Shown here one piece after another: positions 14,261 through 30,800 of a DNA stretch of 64,000 nucleotides; the stretch's first letter is position 1; each line of letters opens with the position of its first letter. The position numbers were made by a program, and so were the translations under genes. Below the pieces are notes generated by a model, which saw nothing but the letters and a program-made list of their open reading frames with translations, did not search any database and was not told the DNA's origin. This stretch comes from the human T2T-CHM13v2.0 reference genome, Homo sapiens. The DNA lies in NCBI RefSeq assembly GCF_009914755.1, contig NC_060929.1, one strand, 5' to 3'.

Positions 14261-15470
14261 AATGTTGATTTATGCCAAACTTAACTAGCAATGATGGCAT
14301 ATAAAGAACATAAAATAAAATGTTAAAATTCAAAGAAAAAAACTAGTTCCAATATTTAGAAAAAAACTAACTCTAATTATATATTCACAAGAAGGAGAGA
14401 GAAGTGAAAAGTGCAGACTAAATGTTTCGGTCAAACATTAGGATTGAAGTGAGAATTAGAACATGAATTCCTTTCTACAGTTCATACTCAACAGCTCATC
14501 AATAGGGAAAAGCCAACCTACAAAACAGCCAATGTCAAACGAATTCCTTTTAACACCTACCATATGCCAGACATAGACTTAGATTCATTTAAAAAGAGGT
14601 AGCTTTTTCTAGTCTTTTAATAACAAGAAGGTAAGCAACACAATCATTACTATGTAGATAATGAGCTAGTGTATTAGAGAAGGGAAATGATAGTCACATG
14701 AATCCACATTTCTTAGACGTAAAACCCTTGTTTGCCTTCTCTAATGCAGAAGAGTTTCACTTTATTTCAAATAACGCTTCATCAAATGAAACTGACTTAA
14801 CATACAGAGCAGTTTTCCAACCTACACTTTGTTGATGTTGAAATAATGTGGATCATAAATAAGTTCTTTGGTTGGTGTTCAGACATAGAGGGTACAGAAG
14901 TAAGGAGATATGAAACCAAATGTATTGAAGATACTTAAATACTCCTCCCTTTATTTTAGCTATCATGAAAGCAAATTGTTAAACATAATTTTATAGTTTT
15001 GTCAAGTCCAGGAAAAATTCTAATTAAAATAATGGTACCAAACTATAAAATTATTAAATCATAACTTGTCTGATATTTGGAGATTTTGTTTTGTTTTTTC
15101 TGAATAAGAGACTCACAGAAAAGCCCTATTGGGGCCATAACTTAATGTAAATTATTAATTGTGTTCTAAATATTCTTGGCATTAAATATATTAAGGATTT
15201 AATATCAAAATTGAATGCAATTGGAAATTATGCTGACAGACAATTGAACTTAGGCTTTAATCAATTTGGCCATTATCAAATATCTTATAAATTTTTGGCT
15301 AATGACAAAATAACACAAACACACACATACTCACACACACAGACAAGCAAACCATTATGCAATAGTCATAGACTGAGATTAGCATTTCTCTAACTTCAGT
15401 TTAAAAGAATTTTTTACTTTCTACCAGCAAATAATATAAGGTGAGTGTTATATGTGTATACATGAATGCC

Positions 15471-15496
15471 TGTGTGTGTGTGTGTGTGTCTGTGTC

Positions 15497-15520
<24 letters not shown>
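15471..15520. repeat. (TG)n microsatellite
   Basis: Interrupted TG dinucleotide run. Confidence 0.95.
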
Positions 15521-15527
<7 letters not shown>

Positions 15528-15852
15528 GGCAAAGAAGGTATATTATAGAATATTTTTATCAGGCGAGAGCAAGTACTCGGCCTAATATACTAACAAATAA
15601 TGAAGCTTTCACAGCATGAATTTATTTATTTTTATTTTTTCTATTACTATATAATTCAAATGAGAGTGAATTGTCATTCTTTTTGCTTACTAAATTAGAT
15701 TTTTCTCTCTGTTTTCCTTTTTAAAATTTAAATTTGATTTGCTATACTTGCTTTAATATTTTGGAGGAAACTTAATTTATATTCTCTTTGCTAAATGCTT
15801 TGCATTTTAGACCATAAATTTTCTCTAAGAGCTATTTCTAAAATACACTCTA

Positions 15853-16113
<261 letters not shown>

Positions 16114-16356
16114 CTAACTTACATTGAACTGTGGGAATTAACGAAAGGCTTGCAACAATTCAAGTAATGTTTATTCTAGAAAAATGGAACCTCGGATAGA
16201 AACAGTGAGCCTTGTTTTTTAACATGCCTTATTTGCATCTTCTCCCCTCAGCTCTATGCTGAAAACCAAAAGCACAATAATTACAGTGACAGGAGAGATT
16301 CCAAATTCCCTTTCTGAAATAGTTGGCATAATTTGACCTGTCGAAAACCTCTTTGG

Positions 16357-16650
16357 TGCCAGGCATGGTGGCTCACGCTTGTAATCCCAGGACTTTGGGG
16401 GGCGGGCAGATCACTTGAGATCAGGAGTTCAAGACCAGCCTGGCCAACGTGTTGAAATACCATCTCTACTAAAAATACAAAATTAGATGGGTGTGGAGGC
16501 ATGTGCCTGTAATCCCAGTTACTTGGGAGGCTGAGGCAGGAGAATTGCTTGAACCTGGAAGGTGGAGGTGGCAGCAAGCTAAGAACCCCCACTGCCCTCC
16601 AGCCTGGGTGACAGACCAAGACTCCGTCTCAAAAAATATATATAGAAAAT
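16357..16650 (+). mobile_element. Alu SINE (AluS-type)
   Basis: Full dimer; TSD AAAAC(C/T)TCTTTGG at 16344-16356 and 16651-16663. Confidence 0.95.
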
Positions 16651-16854
16651 AAAACTTCTTTGGAAAATGAAATTTGCACGGCTGCTCTTCACTTGAACTG
16701 AGTCAGAGCTTGCGCAATCTAAATATCTTTTCCCTGGGGGTATTTATCAAAAACAGTCGACAGCAATTGTTGAACATCACAGCTACTGAGGCGGCAGTAA
16801 CAGTTGTCTGAAACAACAAGCTTATCGAAAAGTTTAAATGAAAGTCTTAAAGAA

Positions 16855-18072
<1,218 letters not shown>

Positions 18073-19873
18073 AGAAAAATCTTGGGAATGTTCTGTTCAT
18101 AAGGACTCTGAAAATATCTCATATATTATTTGAATTTGCGAAGCTTTGATAAATTCTTGAGCAGCACACATAAGCATAAGGCTGTGTGTGTGCCCAAGAC
18201 TGTATGCGTGTCCGGGAGAGACCTAAAAGTACCCTAAGATCTCAATTCTAGAAGACCTCGAGGCTCTGCATAACCAGGAAGTGAAGATTAAGCCAACACG
18301 TAAAAGGCCTGGGCGTTGAAGATGCACCGTAACATGCACACAGAGCTCCTCAACAAAGGTTGGAAGACCTATTAGTTCTAGGAATTTAAGGAACCAATTA
18401 AATTTAAATATCTATTAATCATTAGTTGACCATCAAGAAATCTGAGTAGAGACTTAAGTGGGCACACACAAGTGACAACATTATAGAATGAGATCAGGAA
18501 AATCACTAAACTAATTCAAAAAAAAACAATAACAGCAGTAACAATAAACCCAGAAAAGCAGAGCAATTTGAATTTCAGAGTGGCTATATATATTAGTTCA
18601 AATGTAAAGTTTTCGACAAAATACTATGAAATATGCAAAAAAATAAGAAAGTGCAGTCCATACATAGGATAAAAAGCAGTCAATAGAAACCATCCTTATG
18701 GAAGCCCAGGCATTAAACTTATTACATAAAGACATTAAACCAGCTGTTTTAAATATATTTGAATATACGTTATAAGAAGTAATGCCTCTAGAACTAAAGG
18801 AAATTAGCAGAATATTCTCTCATAAAATAGAGAATAGTAAAAGAAAATCATGAAAACGAAGAAAATAGAAATTCTGAAGTTAAAAAAGGCAATAACTCAA
18901 ATAAAAAAATAGTTAGACTGACAGCATTTGAGGTGATGGAAAAACAGTTACCAAACTTAAAAATAGGTAAATTGAGACTATACAGTCTGGGGAACAGAAA
19001 GCAAAAGGAATGAAGAGAAATGAGCAGAGCTTCAGAGTCCCATGGAAGACCATCACACATACTAACATACAAACATCAAAGTCATAAAAGAAGAGAGAAT
19101 GTATCAGAGAAAATATATAAAGGAATACTGGATAAAAACATTCCCAAATATAATGAAAATATGTTAATATGTAGATTCAAGAAGCTCACCAAACTTCAAG
19201 TAGAATTTATTCAAAGAGAGTCACACTAGTCCCATCATTATCAGACTTGTTAAAAGAACCTTGAAAGTAAGAATAAAGTAGCATCACATCATGCACTACA
19301 ATTTGTCAATGAGATTAACAACTGATTCTCATCAGAAACTGTGGAGTTCAGAGGCTGTAGAATGACATGTTCTAAGCCCTAAAAGAAAAAATACAATCAA
19401 ACAAGAATTCTACCTCCAGCAGTAGTTTTTCAGAAATAAAAAGTAAAAAATTGACACCCCCAGATAAACAAAACCAGAAAATTCTTCACCAGCATATCTG
19501 CCCTATAAAAGGAAGTCTTTCAGGTTAACATGAAAGTAAACTAGATAGTAAATCAAATCACATGAAAATATAAACAGCACTGGTAAAGGTAACTACATAG
19601 GTTATGAGAAAGACAGTATAAATAAATTTTGTTTATAATACAGTACTTTTTTCTTCTATATCATAAACACACTTCATGAAGCAATAATTATACATCTATG
19701 TTAATAAGCATACACGGTAGAATGATAAAATTTTTAGAGAAATAAAGGCACAAAGGAACTGACAGAGAATGAACTACATAGGATCAAAGGGTTTACAATA
19801 TATAAAAAATAAATTGGTATTCATTAAACTAGGTTCTTATAAATTATTAAGTTAGTTTTAATCTCAGTGCAAG

Positions 19874-20110
19874 AAATTGTCTAAAAACATTATATAATAT
19901 TATATAATGGGTAAACATTATGTGATGTCTAATAAATTATCTAAAAGCATTATATAATATTTTATTATATAATATTTGGTATTATATAACTTTATATATT
20001 ATATAACATTATACTTGTTATATATTATATAATTGTTATGTATTACATGTTATGTATTTGGATTGTTACATGTATATGTGTACATTATATAACATATAAT
20101 GTACACATAC
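19874..20110. repeat. AT-rich low-complexity tract with direct and inverted repeats
   Basis: AAATT(G/A)TCTAAAA(A/G)CATTATATAATATT repeated at a 60-bp period; 16-bp inverted repeat at 20075-20109. Confidence 0.85.
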
Positions 20111-20401
20111 ACCCACACACGTACAAATATATCACAAGTAACAATCCAAAAATGAAATTAATATTACTTTATGTACGATAACATCAAAAAGTTTAAAATA
20201 ATTAAAAATAAATTTAAGAAAAAGAAGCAAAAGTCTTATACACCAAACTATGAAACATCACTGAAAAAAATCAAAAATATTTATGCACATAGAAAGAGAT
20301 CCTGTATTCGTGGATTGGAAAATTTACTATTATAAAGATATTAATACTTCCCAAACTGATCTAACAGATTTAATGAGATCCCTGTCAAAGGCCCAGATGC
20401 C

Positions 20402-20432
20402 TTGTTTGTTTGTTTGTTTGTTTGTTTGTTTT
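20402..20432. repeat. (TTTG)n microsatellite
   Basis: About seven TTTG units. Confidence 0.9.
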
Positions 20433-20479
20433 CAGAAGTTGACAAGCTGAAACTTATCCTTTTTTTCTCTTTCTCTACT

Positions 20480-20765
20480 TAATTTTTGATTTTAATTGAC
20501 ACAAGGTTTAATAATTGTACATATTTATGGGTACATTGTGATATTTTAATGCATGTATACAGAGTATAATGATCAAACCGGGGCAATTACCATATCCATC
20601 ACTTTAAGCATTTATCATATCTTTGAGGTGACAACATTCAAAACTTTTTCTTTTGGCTCTCTTGAAATATACACCACATTTGTTATTGGCTACAGTCACC
20701 CTACAGTGTTATAGAACAATGACATTTATTCTTCCTTTCTAATTGTAACTTTGTACCCACTGACC
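20480..20765 (-). mobile_element. L1MA-type 3' end
   Basis: AATTGTACATATTTATGGGTACATTGTGATATTTT...TACAGTCACCCTAC...TAACTTTGTACCCACTGACC. Confidence 0.85.
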
Positions 20766-22598
20766 TCTCTTTCAATGGTGATGCAACCCTGTCAGCTGTA
20801 TTTCCCCCCAATTTTATGGGATTAATTAAATTCTTATCATATTTTTTCCTTATGTGTTTATAAATTAGACATTTTTGTGTGTTGCTTCAGAAATGGATAC
20901 TATTTATTGAATTTAATATCTATCATGTAAATATTTTTGGGATATATAATTGTATACTGATGCTTATTTCTTGTTTCAGTAAGTAAATTAAATGCAAGTC
21001 ACCCATCTAGCAAAAGACCCTCTGCTCCAGTTTTCTCAGCTTCACTGCATCTGCCACCTGTACACCCGGCAGTTTTCATGCAAAGTCAATCATATCATGA
21101 CCCCAGTGTCAGGATTCTTATACTCATTGGTTGATACTTTAAGTTTATCTGGGTCTTTACAAGCACAAATCTCTATAAAGAAAATCCTTATTTGAATGAC
21201 TCTAAAAAAAGAAATAAGTCTCTTCATTAAACTGATAGAAAAGTTTAATATTCATTTCTCAAATAAAATAAATAAAAGCTAGTTTTACTCGTCCTGATCA
21301 ATAACATGTGAACGTTTATATTTCATACTGAATGCCTACTTAAAATGATGAAGGGATTGCAACTTAGAAGGCAGTTAAAAAGAGGATTAGAAGATGATAT
21401 ATTTCAAACACTAAAATTTTATTTCTATATGCCATAAATGTAAAATGACTTGCAAAGTGACCTCTTTGGTACTTCGTTAGAATTCAATATTTTAAATGTA
21501 GAGTAATTTGGGATGCACTGAAAAGGGTGCATATTATACAGACATGTATATTTTGTTCTGATATTTGGTTTTCTCTATTTACATGAATATGTATTCATAT
21601 TTTCTTTTTAGATTACCATATATTTAGAAGTCAACTCTATTGCTTTTTTAAAAAAGGAAAATCATTTAAAATTTTAAGATGTGTTTTCCTGAAAGATTAT
21701 GTTTTATAAGACAAAGTACCCTAAAGATGAGTAGAATTTTGAATTTACTCTGTCTTTGGGTAATTATCATATTATGGAGAAGTCTGTTGCTCAGATAAAA
21801 CATTCCGAAAAAATAAGAAAGTGGTAAATGTACATGATAGTATCTTTCTCCACCTTTCTAATTGATACTGAATTATCTTCAGGTTTCTCATAATAAATGC
21901 ATATGACCTCACAATTTCTAACTTTATAATAGATTCTCCACCTGCCTGAGTGTATTAAGCCCTCAATGTTCTGACTTCATAAAAACTTAACTATTCCCAC
22001 CCCATGGTTTCTAAAACAAGAGTAATATATCAATCCATCTTATAATACAATAACTCTCATTGACCCTGCAATTGGCTTAAATTATGTTCAATAGTATTGA
22101 ATATATGTACATTTAAAACTAAGTAGAAACTATTAATGCTAATGGTTCTTATATATTTTTAAAAATGTCATTTAATTACAAAGCAATTGTAAACCAATAC
22201 AGTTACCAATTAACAATATTAATTTCAAGTACACAATAAATTTCTGAAAATTTCTGAAATTAATTTCTTGTCCTAATATTAATATACAATTGACTTATAC
22301 ATAAAGGTTTATTAAGTTTGGCATGTTTGTACAACCTTATACCTAATAATGACTCAAACATTTCAAATATGTTCAGTCATATTTATTATGTAATTAATTA
22401 ATGCATATTACCCTGATTTTTTTTCCCATTAACTCAAGTAATGTAGTACAACATAATGCAACTCAGCTGTAAATAAAGAAAAGTACTTAAGCAATTGGTT
22501 AAGAGAATGTCAGAAATTGGCATGAGATTGTAACATAGATGATCAGATAATAATAATAATTAATAATAATATTTATAATTATTATTATAGTGGCAGCA

Positions 22599-22849
22599 GA
22601 GTGCAGGGGCGCGATCTCGGCTCACTGCAACCTCCACCTCCTGGGTTCAAGCAATTCTCCTGCCTCAGCCTCCTGAGTAGCTGGGATTACAGGCCCTCGT
22701 CACCAGGCTCGGCTTATTTTTGTACTTTTAGTAGAGATGCGGTTTCGCCATGTTTGCCAGGCTGGTCTCAAGCTCCCGACCTCAGGTGACCTGCCTGCCT
22801 CAGCCTCCCAAAGTGCTGGGATTATGGGTGTGAGCCACCGTGCCTGGCC
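22599..22849 (-). mobile_element. AluS lacking its 3'-terminal ~30 bp
   Basis: Begins at GAGTGCAG and ends CCACCGTGCCTGGCC; TATAATTATT flanks both sides. Confidence 0.92.
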
Positions 22850-22974
22850 TATAATTATTTTATTTTGGATTTAATTTAACTATAAGTTCATGATAAAAAT
22901 ATCATAAAACTCATAGATAATTCTATCTGAAGGCCCTGTCCCACACACCTGTAAAACATAGATGTGCAATTGAG

Positions 22975-23116
22975 GTCGGCTATTTCTTAGTTGGGTTACA
23001 GTACATAAGTTCCTTAACATTTTAAGCCTCTTGCTCTTCCTTTATGAAATCTAGAAAATAGTAACTACAAATTTAGAGTTGCTGTGTGGGTTTCTCTCTT
23101 TCTCTCTCTCTCTCTC

Positions 23117-23149
<33 letters not shown>

Positions 23150-23440
23150 ATATACATATATGTGTGTATGTCCTTTTTGAGTGATAGTGTATATATACAC
23201 ATTATATACATATTCATACCTACATAGCCAAATATATGTGTGTACACACACACACACACACACGTGAAAAATAGCAAAGGACAAGTGCAAACTAGAAAGG
23301 CTATAATCCCAGAAAAAGGAACACATACACACACAGAGATTCACATATTTGTGAGTTTATGCATTAAGTCCCTGGCACAATATGTATTCACTGGGGAACA
23401 AAGCAGGCATTTGACAAATGGTAGGCACTATTATTATTAC
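22975..23440 (+). mobile_element. MIR SINE split by a compound microsatellite insert
   Basis: AAGTTCCTTAAC...AAGCCTC...TATGAAAT core, resuming as CCTGGCACA...AAATGGTAG...TATTATTATTA. Confidence 0.6.
23094..23335. repeat. Compound (TC)n(TA)n(TG)n...(CA)n microsatellite region
   Basis: Directly visible dinucleotide runs. Confidence 0.9.
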
Positions 23441-24286
23441 TACCACATAAAAAATGAATAACTATGTTGTTGATTAGGTAAGTATTTCTCCAATAATATT
23501 AACTTCCAAAGGGTTGCCCCTTCCAGGTAACATAATAGGACAATAGAATTAAAATATGAGAACGCTTAAGAAGGGCAATTTCAGACTTTCAGATAATTCA
23601 GTGAGGGAGATATTTTATTTTGGAATGTAGTGCCATTTACATCACACTGGAGTAATTGTGTCTGTTCTACATATAGCTAGTTCAGTGTATACACTAAGTA
23701 TATGCATTTGTATGCATGTGTGTGTTTTTTTAAGTGATGCGATTTTTATACCAAAATATATTTCATTTTTAGGGTTGCAAGAAATAGTTATACTAAAGTA
23801 TAAAACTTCTTTCACTATCTTTGACATTCTCAATTGGTCACGAATCATCTGTATGGATTAACGTTTCTTTGGGCATCCAAAAATGATCTGGCTTTATGTG
23901 CAGAACTATTATCCACAATCAATTGTACCCTTTTTTGTTTTTTAGATGCAAATGATTCTGTTTTACTGAGAATGATAGTTGAATGCCTATATCTAAACAT
24001 GATCTGACTTACAGTGAATACTATAAAGTCTATACCTAATTGAACATCCCTACAGAAGGTTGGGATGTAGTTTAATTAAATGACTATAAGATGATAACTT
24101 TTTATGCTTAGCACTCAAACATTTTAAAGATTGAAATAAGTTTGGGGGTTTAATCTTAGCCTTCAATGTAATGTCTACTCACATTGGAGCTATAAAATAA
24201 TTAAATATGAGTCTTCCCTTTGTAATTGTGGGCCAGCTTGTCCAGAATAACCTTTTCAAAAGAACCTAGGAACTCAGGAGCAAATA

Positions 24287-24578
24287 TTTCTTTTTCTTTC
24301 ATTTTTTTTTTTTTTTGAGATGGAATCTCACTCTGTCTCACCCAGGCTGGAGTGCAGTGGTGCAACCTGCACCTCCCGGGTTCAAGTGATTCTCCTGTCT
24401 CAGCCCCCTGAGTAGCTTGACTACATGTGTGTACCCCCACGCCTGGCTAATTTTGTATTTTTAATAGAGATGGGGTTTCACCATGTTGGCCAGGCTGGTC
24501 TCAAACTCCTAACCTCAGGTTATCCACCTGCCTTGGCCTCCCTGAGTGCTGGGATTACAGGCATCAGCCACTGCACCT
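24287..24578 (-). mobile_element. AluS with a small internal deletion
   Basis: Poly-T and Alu dimer; GTGGTGCAACC shows loss of TCTCGGCTCACTGCAA. Confidence 0.93.
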
Positions 24579-24700
24579 TTTCTGGGGAAAGCACCTCTTA
24601 AAAATTCTTCTTAAAAGCATCAGAAGTTTGAAAAGTCAGTGAGAAGCTGAAATACTATTGTATTAGTCCATTGTCATGCTGCTATGAAGAAATACCCAAG

Positions 24701-25060
24701 TGTATTAGTCTGTTTTCATGCTGCTGATAAAGGCATACTTGAGACTGGAAAGAAAAAGAAGTTTAATGGACTTACAGTTCCACATGGCTGGGGAGGTTTC
24801 ACAATCATGGTGAAAGGCAAGGAGGAGCAAGTCACATCTTACATGGATGGTGGCAGGCAAAGAGAGAGACCTCATGCAGGGAAAATCCCATCTTTTAAAC
24901 TATCAGATCTTGTGAGACTTATTAACTATCATGAGAACAGCACAGGAAATACCTGCCCCCATGACTCAATTATCTCCCACTGGGTCCCTCCCACAACACA
25001 TGGGAATTATGGGAGCTACAATATGAGATTTAGGTGGGGACACAGAGCCAAACCATATCA
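24701..25060 (-). mobile_element. THE1B-like solo LTR nested in the THE1D LTR
   Basis: TGTATTAGTCTGTTTTCATGCTGCTGATAAAG...GCAAGGAGGAGCAAGTCACATCTTACATGGATGG...CAAACCATATCA; TSD CCAAG/CCAAT. Confidence 0.92.
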
Positions 25061-26610
25061 CCAATATTAATTTATAAAGAAAGAAAGTTTAATTTATTCA
25101 TAGTTCCTCATGCCTGGGGAGGCCTCAGGAAACTTTCAATCGTGGTGGAAGTCACCTCTTCACAGAGCAGCAGGAGAGAGAATGAGTGCAAGCAGGGGAA
25201 ATGGGAGATGCTTATAAAACCAACAAATCTCATGAGACTCAGTCGTCATGAGAACAGTGTAGGGAAAATCACTCCCATGATTCAATTACCTCCAACTGGT
25301 CCCACCTTGACACATGAGGATTATGGGGATTACCAGTTAGGGTGAAATTTGAGGGGGGATACAAAGCCAAACCATATTATTCTGTCTGACCCCTCCCAAA
25401 TCTCATGTCCTCATATTTCAAAACACAATTATGTCCTTTCAACAGTCCCCAAAGTCTTAGATCATTCCAGCGTTAACCCCAAAATCCAAATCTAAATTAT
25501 CATCTGAGACAAGGCAAGTCCCTTCTGCCTATGAACCTGTAAAATCAAAAAGAAGTTAGTTACTTCTTAGTTACAAAGTGGGTACAGGCATTGGGTAAAT
25601 ACATCCATTCAAAATGGGAGAAATTGCCCAAAACAAAGGGGGCTATAGGCCCCATGCAAATCTGAAATCCAATAGAGCAGTCATTAAACCTTAAACTTCT
25701 AACATGATCTTCTTTGGCTCTGCGTTTCACATCCTCTTAATGCTGATGCAAGTGGTGAGCTCCCATGGCCCTGGGCAGCTCCACTCCTGAGGCTTTTCAG
25801 GCTACAGCCTCCCTCCCAGCTGATTTCAGAGGGTGGCATTATATGTCTGAGGCTTTCCCAGACACACTGCTCCAGCTTTCAGTGGATCCACTATTCTGGG
25901 GTCTGGAGGATGCTGGTCCTCTTCTCACAGCTACACTAGGCAGTGCCCCTTTGGGGATTCTGTGTGAGTGTTCCAACCCCACATTTTCCTTCCTCACTGC
26001 CCTAGCAGAAGTTCTTCATGATGACTCCACCACTGCAACAGACTTCTGCCTGGACATCCAGGCATTGCCATACATCCTCTGAAATCTAGGCAGAGGTTCC
26101 CCAACCTCAGTTCGTGACTTCTGTGCACCCACAGGCCCAATACCATGTGTAAGCCACCAAGGCTTGGGGCTTGCACCCTCTGAATCCATGGCTGAAGCTG
26201 TATCTTGGCCCCTTTTAGCCATGGCTGGAGTTGAAGCATCTGGGACACAGGGCACCATGTCTTGAGGCTACATAGAGCAGCAGGGTACTAGGCCAGGCCC
26301 ATGAAACCAATTTTCCCTCCTAGTCCTACAGACCTGTGATGGGAAGGGCTGCCGTGAAGACCTCTGACATGCCCTGGAGACATTTACCCTATTTTCTTGG
26401 TAATTATCATTTGACTCCTCATTACTTATACAAATTTCTGCAGCTGTCTTGAATTTCTTCTAAGAAAATGAGTTTTTCTTTTCTATTGCATCGTTAGGCT
26501 GCAATTTTTCCAAATTTATATGCTATGCTTTTCTTTTAAACATAAGTTATAATTCCAAACCATATCTTTGTGAATATATAAAACTGAATGCCTTTAAGAA
26601 CACCCAAGTT

Positions 26611-29299
<2,689 letters not shown>

Positions 29300-30299
29300 A
29301 AGAACACCCAAATCTCATCTTGAATTGCTTTGCTGCTTAGAAATTTCTTCTGCCAGATACTTTAAGTCATCACTCTCAAGTTCCACAGATCTCTAGGGCA
29401 AGGCCAAAATCCCACCAGTCTCTTTGCTAAAGTGTAGCAAGAGTCACCTTTTTTCCAGTTACCAACAAGTTTCTCATCTCAATCTGAGACCACCTCAGCC
29501 TGGACTTCATTGTCCATATCACTATCAGCATTTCATTCAAGACCATTCAACGAGTCTCTAGGAAGTTCCAAATTTTTGCACTTCTTGTTTTCTTCTGAGC
29601 CATCCAGACTGTTTCAGTCTCTGCCTTTTCCCCAATCCAAAGTCGTTTCCACATTTTCAGGTATCTTTACAGAAGCACCCCACTCCTGGTAGCAATTTAC
29701 TGTATTAGTATGTTCTCATCCTGCTGTGAAGAAATGCCCAAGACTGTAATTTATAAAGAAAAGAAGTTTAATTGACTTACAATTCCGCATGTCTGAGGAG
29801 GCCTCAGGAAACATACAATCATGGTGGAAGACACCTCTTCAAAGAGCAGTAAGACAGATAATTACTGCAAGCAAGGGAAGTGCCTGATGCTTATAACACC
29901 ATCAGATCTCATGAGATTCACTCACCATCATGAGACCAGCATGGAGGAAACTGCCCCAATGATTCAATTCCTTCCATCTGGCTCCATCCTTGACATATGT
30001 GGATTATGAGCATTACAATTTAAAGTGAGATTTGGGTGGGGACACAGGGCCAAACCATATTAACTATGGTCCCTGACCATGACCCCTGAACAAAGAAAAG
30101 ACTAGAAATGGCAGATCAACAATTGGTATCCATTTTCTCCAAGACAAAATTGCCATATCTAAAGTGGAAGTGGAGAGCCTGAGAAATTTAGCAGCTTCAC
30201 TGAGGCAGGAGAACAAATAATTGAAGATTAAGTTCTGCAAAAAAGAATTGACCCTGGTAAAATAAACAAGTTTCAGTTGTCTTTTAATGACGGTTATTT

Positions 30300-30800
30300 A
30301 GCAATACATAGAACCGGGAACACTGACTCAAATAATTGAAATAATATAATTTTCTAGCTTTAACACTGGACATAAGCAAAATACATTGTCTCTTAAGTTA
30401 TATAAAATCATAACAATCACATATTATCACTGTAATCTGATACATAAGATGATAAAAATTTCATAAAAATAGTTTTTAAAAGGTTTGATACAAAGCCCAG
30501 AGAAAAGTCAGATTAGTGACTGAGACTACAAATACGTGTGATTAACATGTCCAAGAAATATTTAAAATTTAGAGAATTTGAGCAGAGAAATAGAAAATAC
30601 AAATATATGATCTAATGACAATTTCAGAATTTCATAAATTTTTAAAGAAATCACTAAATACAATTAAAATTCAAAAGACTCTTTTAAGTTCACCTAAACA
30701 GATAAGTAATGAAGTGGAAAAATTATTAGAAAAGACATGAACTTAATCAGAAGGAGACAGTAGTTTGGAAATTATACTATGGTATGTGAGAGAGGTAGGA
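30300..30800 (+). mobile_element. Very old L1M/HAL1 ORF1-like relic
   Basis: A-rich GAGAATTTGAGCAGAGAAATAGAAAAT...AATTTCAGAA pattern typical of old L1 ORF1. Confidence 0.4.

Noticed and set aside
23051-23461. Cys/Val- and His/Thr-rich ORFs (also 2818-3066 and 62941-63193)
   Set aside because: Translations of (TG)n/(CA)n microsatellites
24684-26258. ORFs of 80-128 aa in the THE1 LTRs and internal region
   Set aside because: Incidental LTR frames and fragments of the decayed MaLR internal ORF
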